A stretch of 64,000 nt of DNA from Raillietiella orientalis (Eukaryota), in the NCBI GenBank assembly GCA_036172245.1, contig JAYWIR010000005.1:2542001-2606000 (forward strand). The letters run 5' to 3'. The notes beneath the pieces are model-generated. The model was given only the letters and a program-made list of their open reading frames with translations. It was not told where the DNA came from and did not search any database. The translations under genes were made by a program, and so were the position numbers. Position 1 is the first letter of the stretch. Every line of letters begins with the position of its first letter. Below are positions 61,297 through 64,000 of this stretch, one piece after another.

Positions 61297-64000
61297 ATTT
61301 TAACGATCGCTTGCAACCAGATGGGCGGGATCATGAACGCGCCCTGGTCAAGGAGAGGTGCGCGTGGGTGCACGCATGTAACTTGCTGGCCACTGAACCG
61401 GGAATGGGGGACCCCATCGATCACGAGTTCCTTGACCAGCACTTGTGCCCTTGCGTGAGCAGGCGCGGCAAGTTACTGTCCGAGCTGTCCGAGCATTGCT
61501 CGATCGTGCTCGAGATTCATCTGCGCGACAGGGGCCCTTCCTCGTCAGCGTGTCGTCTCCCAGAGGACTGCCTGAAGCTCCCGGACGCTGCGGAACATCG
61601 CACGTTTATACGGAGCTTAAGGGTGCGGACACATTATGATTAGGATTGCTTCAAGAGGTCAGTCCAGAAGTTCTGCGACCAGTTGTCTATGTACCGCCTA
61701 CCTACAGGATTTGAGGACGAGGTTTGTAACGACAGGTGCTACCTCCAGGAGCGGCGTTAATTCAGGATCCATGATATCCGCAGGCTAGAAGAATACAGAG
61801 CGGAAGCCGAGAGGCAAGCCTGGCAGTCAGAATCGGCTACCTTGCTAGACTATCAGGACCGGGAGCACTGGGCTCTCACTCAGATTCGCGGACTTCTGCG
61901 TGGTTTTTATTGTTCCTTCTACGCGAAAACGCCTCCCGAGCGGGATGTCTCACGACTCTTGCTTCAGGAAGGCGCTAAAGCGATCGGGGAGGAGGAGAAA
62001 AAGTCCCTCGACGAGCCTTTCACGATGGGCGAGATCATCTCGGCCATCGGAAAGCTCAAGAGGCGCAAGGCTCCAGGGGAGGACGGCCTGCCCGCGGAGT
62101 TTTATCAAACTTTCGCGGCCGAGCTATCCCCCCTGGTACATCAACTCACCTTGCTGATACGCGAGACAGGTGACGTTCCCGCCTCGTTTCGTTCGGCAAA
62201 GGTGCGGCTTCTCCCTAAGGGAGGAGATCTGAGGAGCATGAACAACTGGCGTCCCATCACAATAGTGAATGCGGGGGTCAATTTGATACCAAAGATGTAG
62301 TCAGAGCGTCTGAGAAGGGTTGCAAACCCCTTCATCAGCCCGGAACAGACATATGCTGTTCCCGGGCGAAGCATGGAGGCAAACCTGTTCCACGCTTCCA
62401 CCTGGCTAGAGCTCCAACAAGAAAGGGGCTTGATGCGCAGCCGGAATTCCTGTGCGTCCGTAGGCAATGGGTCGGATGGTTGGGTGGGGGAGGGAGCCCT
62501 TGCGGTCGCAGTCGACTTGCACAAAGCATTCCACTGCGTCGACCAGAAACTCCTGTTGGAGCTTCTGGAATGCTTGGGCTTCTTGGCCTCATTGTTAGCC
62601 TATCTGCGCTCCAGCTGGCGCGACGCGTTGATCATTCTTTCTTTCAGCGGGCAGACCGTGCACGGCGTGGCGGAGCGGCGTGGGATACGGCAAGGAGACA
62701 GCCTGAGCCCCTTGCTCTTCAGTACCTACTTTGAGTTGCTACTGAGAGCGTACAGGGGAACTCTGGCGCACCTGCCGCACGACTGTCCCGGTACGCCCGC
62801 GGTTTCAGCGTACTCGAATGACCTTCTGCTGCTGCTCCCTATGTCCACCCCGGCTGCGGCGGTCGAGGAGTTCTTCGACCTGCTGCATCGGGGAACCGGA
62901 CTTACGGTGAACAGGGCGAAGTCGTCCGTGATGTAAGTTGGTGCGGCGTGGGCAGGGCAGTAGGACTGGGCGTGCTTGGAGATCCCCACGGTGAGGTACT
63001 TCAAGTACTTCGATGTTCCGTTAAGGTACTATCCTTCTACGGAAGGGTGGTCCCGCTGCCTCCAGAAACTAGTGATGGCGATCGGCCCGTTCCAATTCGG
63101 CAGGTTCTTTCTGCAGATGTGGGCCGCGGTTTGGAACACATTTGCTGCTCCTCTCCTCCGTACCCTGCTTTTTGTTTGCTTCTCCACAGAGAGGATCAAA
63201 AGGCGGACGAAGGACCTCCTCCGTACCGCCATTTGGGACAACGGGAGGACCCGAGTCCGCTTGAAGGACTTGTTCTCTCCGCGTCGGGAGGGCGGTCTCG
63301 ACCTACTGACGCTGGAGCGGCTGGAGCTTCAGCTCCGGTTCCGGATGTTGGCCGTTGTGCCGGAGTTGTGGGGCAGCTTCTGGTGCGTCCTCGCACGTCT
63401 CCTCGTCAAGGAAGCCGCCGTCAAGGAAGATGGGGCTCACGTCCTTTCTTGCACTCCATCGCAGCCGCATCAACCAATATAGACTCCAGCTGCGGAGGGT
63501 GGCTGACTGGAGTAGAAAAAATTTAGGATGGATCTCCTGTCGCCCCGCGAACGGTAGTGTCCGGTTGCAGAAAACCGTTCGACATGGGCACAGAGCGGCA
63601 TGCAACGTGTCGAACAGGAACGACGGTTCCTGTTCGGACGCTACAGAAGTTGCACGCTTTGAGAGATCCTGGAGGATCCGAATAAGGGAGAGTGGTCAGA
63701 AAGAACCCTCCTCTCTGCTGCGCTGGTCTTCCTCATAAAAGATGTGGACAGCGATTTGCGGCGAAGTCAGTGGTTAAAGTCGAAATTCCCGGAATGGAGA
63801 GGAAGATAGGAGAGTAGAACATCTAGCAGACGCTGCGACTCCGAGTACGCCTCCCCATGGACTTCTGCGCTGAAGCGCGCTGCTCGATGTTCCAGTTGAA
63901 CTTCTGAAGTGTCTCCCAGTGCTAATGAATACCTTCACTCTCCTCTAAAAATGGCAGGAGTCGGCTCTTCTGTTGCAGCACTGGTGACTCCCGTGCAACT
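61297..64000 (+). mobile_element. F1-like LINE ORF2 (EN end, RT, post-RT region), runs off the window
   Basis: KAPGEDG, NWRPIT, DLHKAF, QGDSLSP and degenerate YSND; colinear with 23660-26360. Confidence 0.9.

Noticed and set aside
1..64000. Prokaryotic RT system (retron, DGR, group II intron, CRISPR-RT)
   Set aside because: APE endonuclease, CCHC ORF1, TSDs, 5' truncation and AATAAA all indicate eukaryotic LINEs; no repeat-spacer array or operon is visible.
1..64000. Unistrand (flamenco-like) piRNA cluster
   Set aside because: Elements lie on both strands; a dual-strand cluster cannot be judged without small-RNA data.

Overview
This is eukaryotic repeat DNA with no recognisable host gene. 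Almost all 64 kb is a nested pile of decayed Tx1/L1-clade-like non-LTR retrotransposons (ORF1 with CCHC zinc knuckles; ORF2 with APE endonuclease, reverse transcriptase and a C-terminal Cys/His motif). I sort them by eye into about six related groups (my labels F1-F6) on both strands, plus one ~940 bp tRNA-headed, hairpin-rich SINE. Reading the junctions shows more order than random nesting. (1) Thirteen 3' ends share AATAAA followed by a CCCGG-loop-CCGGG hairpin, with little or no poly(A). (2) Four groups insert repeatedly at the same homologous codon inside sibling elements: RT HKAFD, EN GDFN, the EN-RT linker and an ORF1 TRQ site. (3) Full-length 5' ends carry a DPE-like GGACG(TG) motif exactly 28 nt from the first base of the target-site duplication (TSD), so transcripts may begin in, and carry a copy of, the parental target site. 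Family assignments, identities and some breakpoints are by-eye estimates; no alignments or database searches were run.
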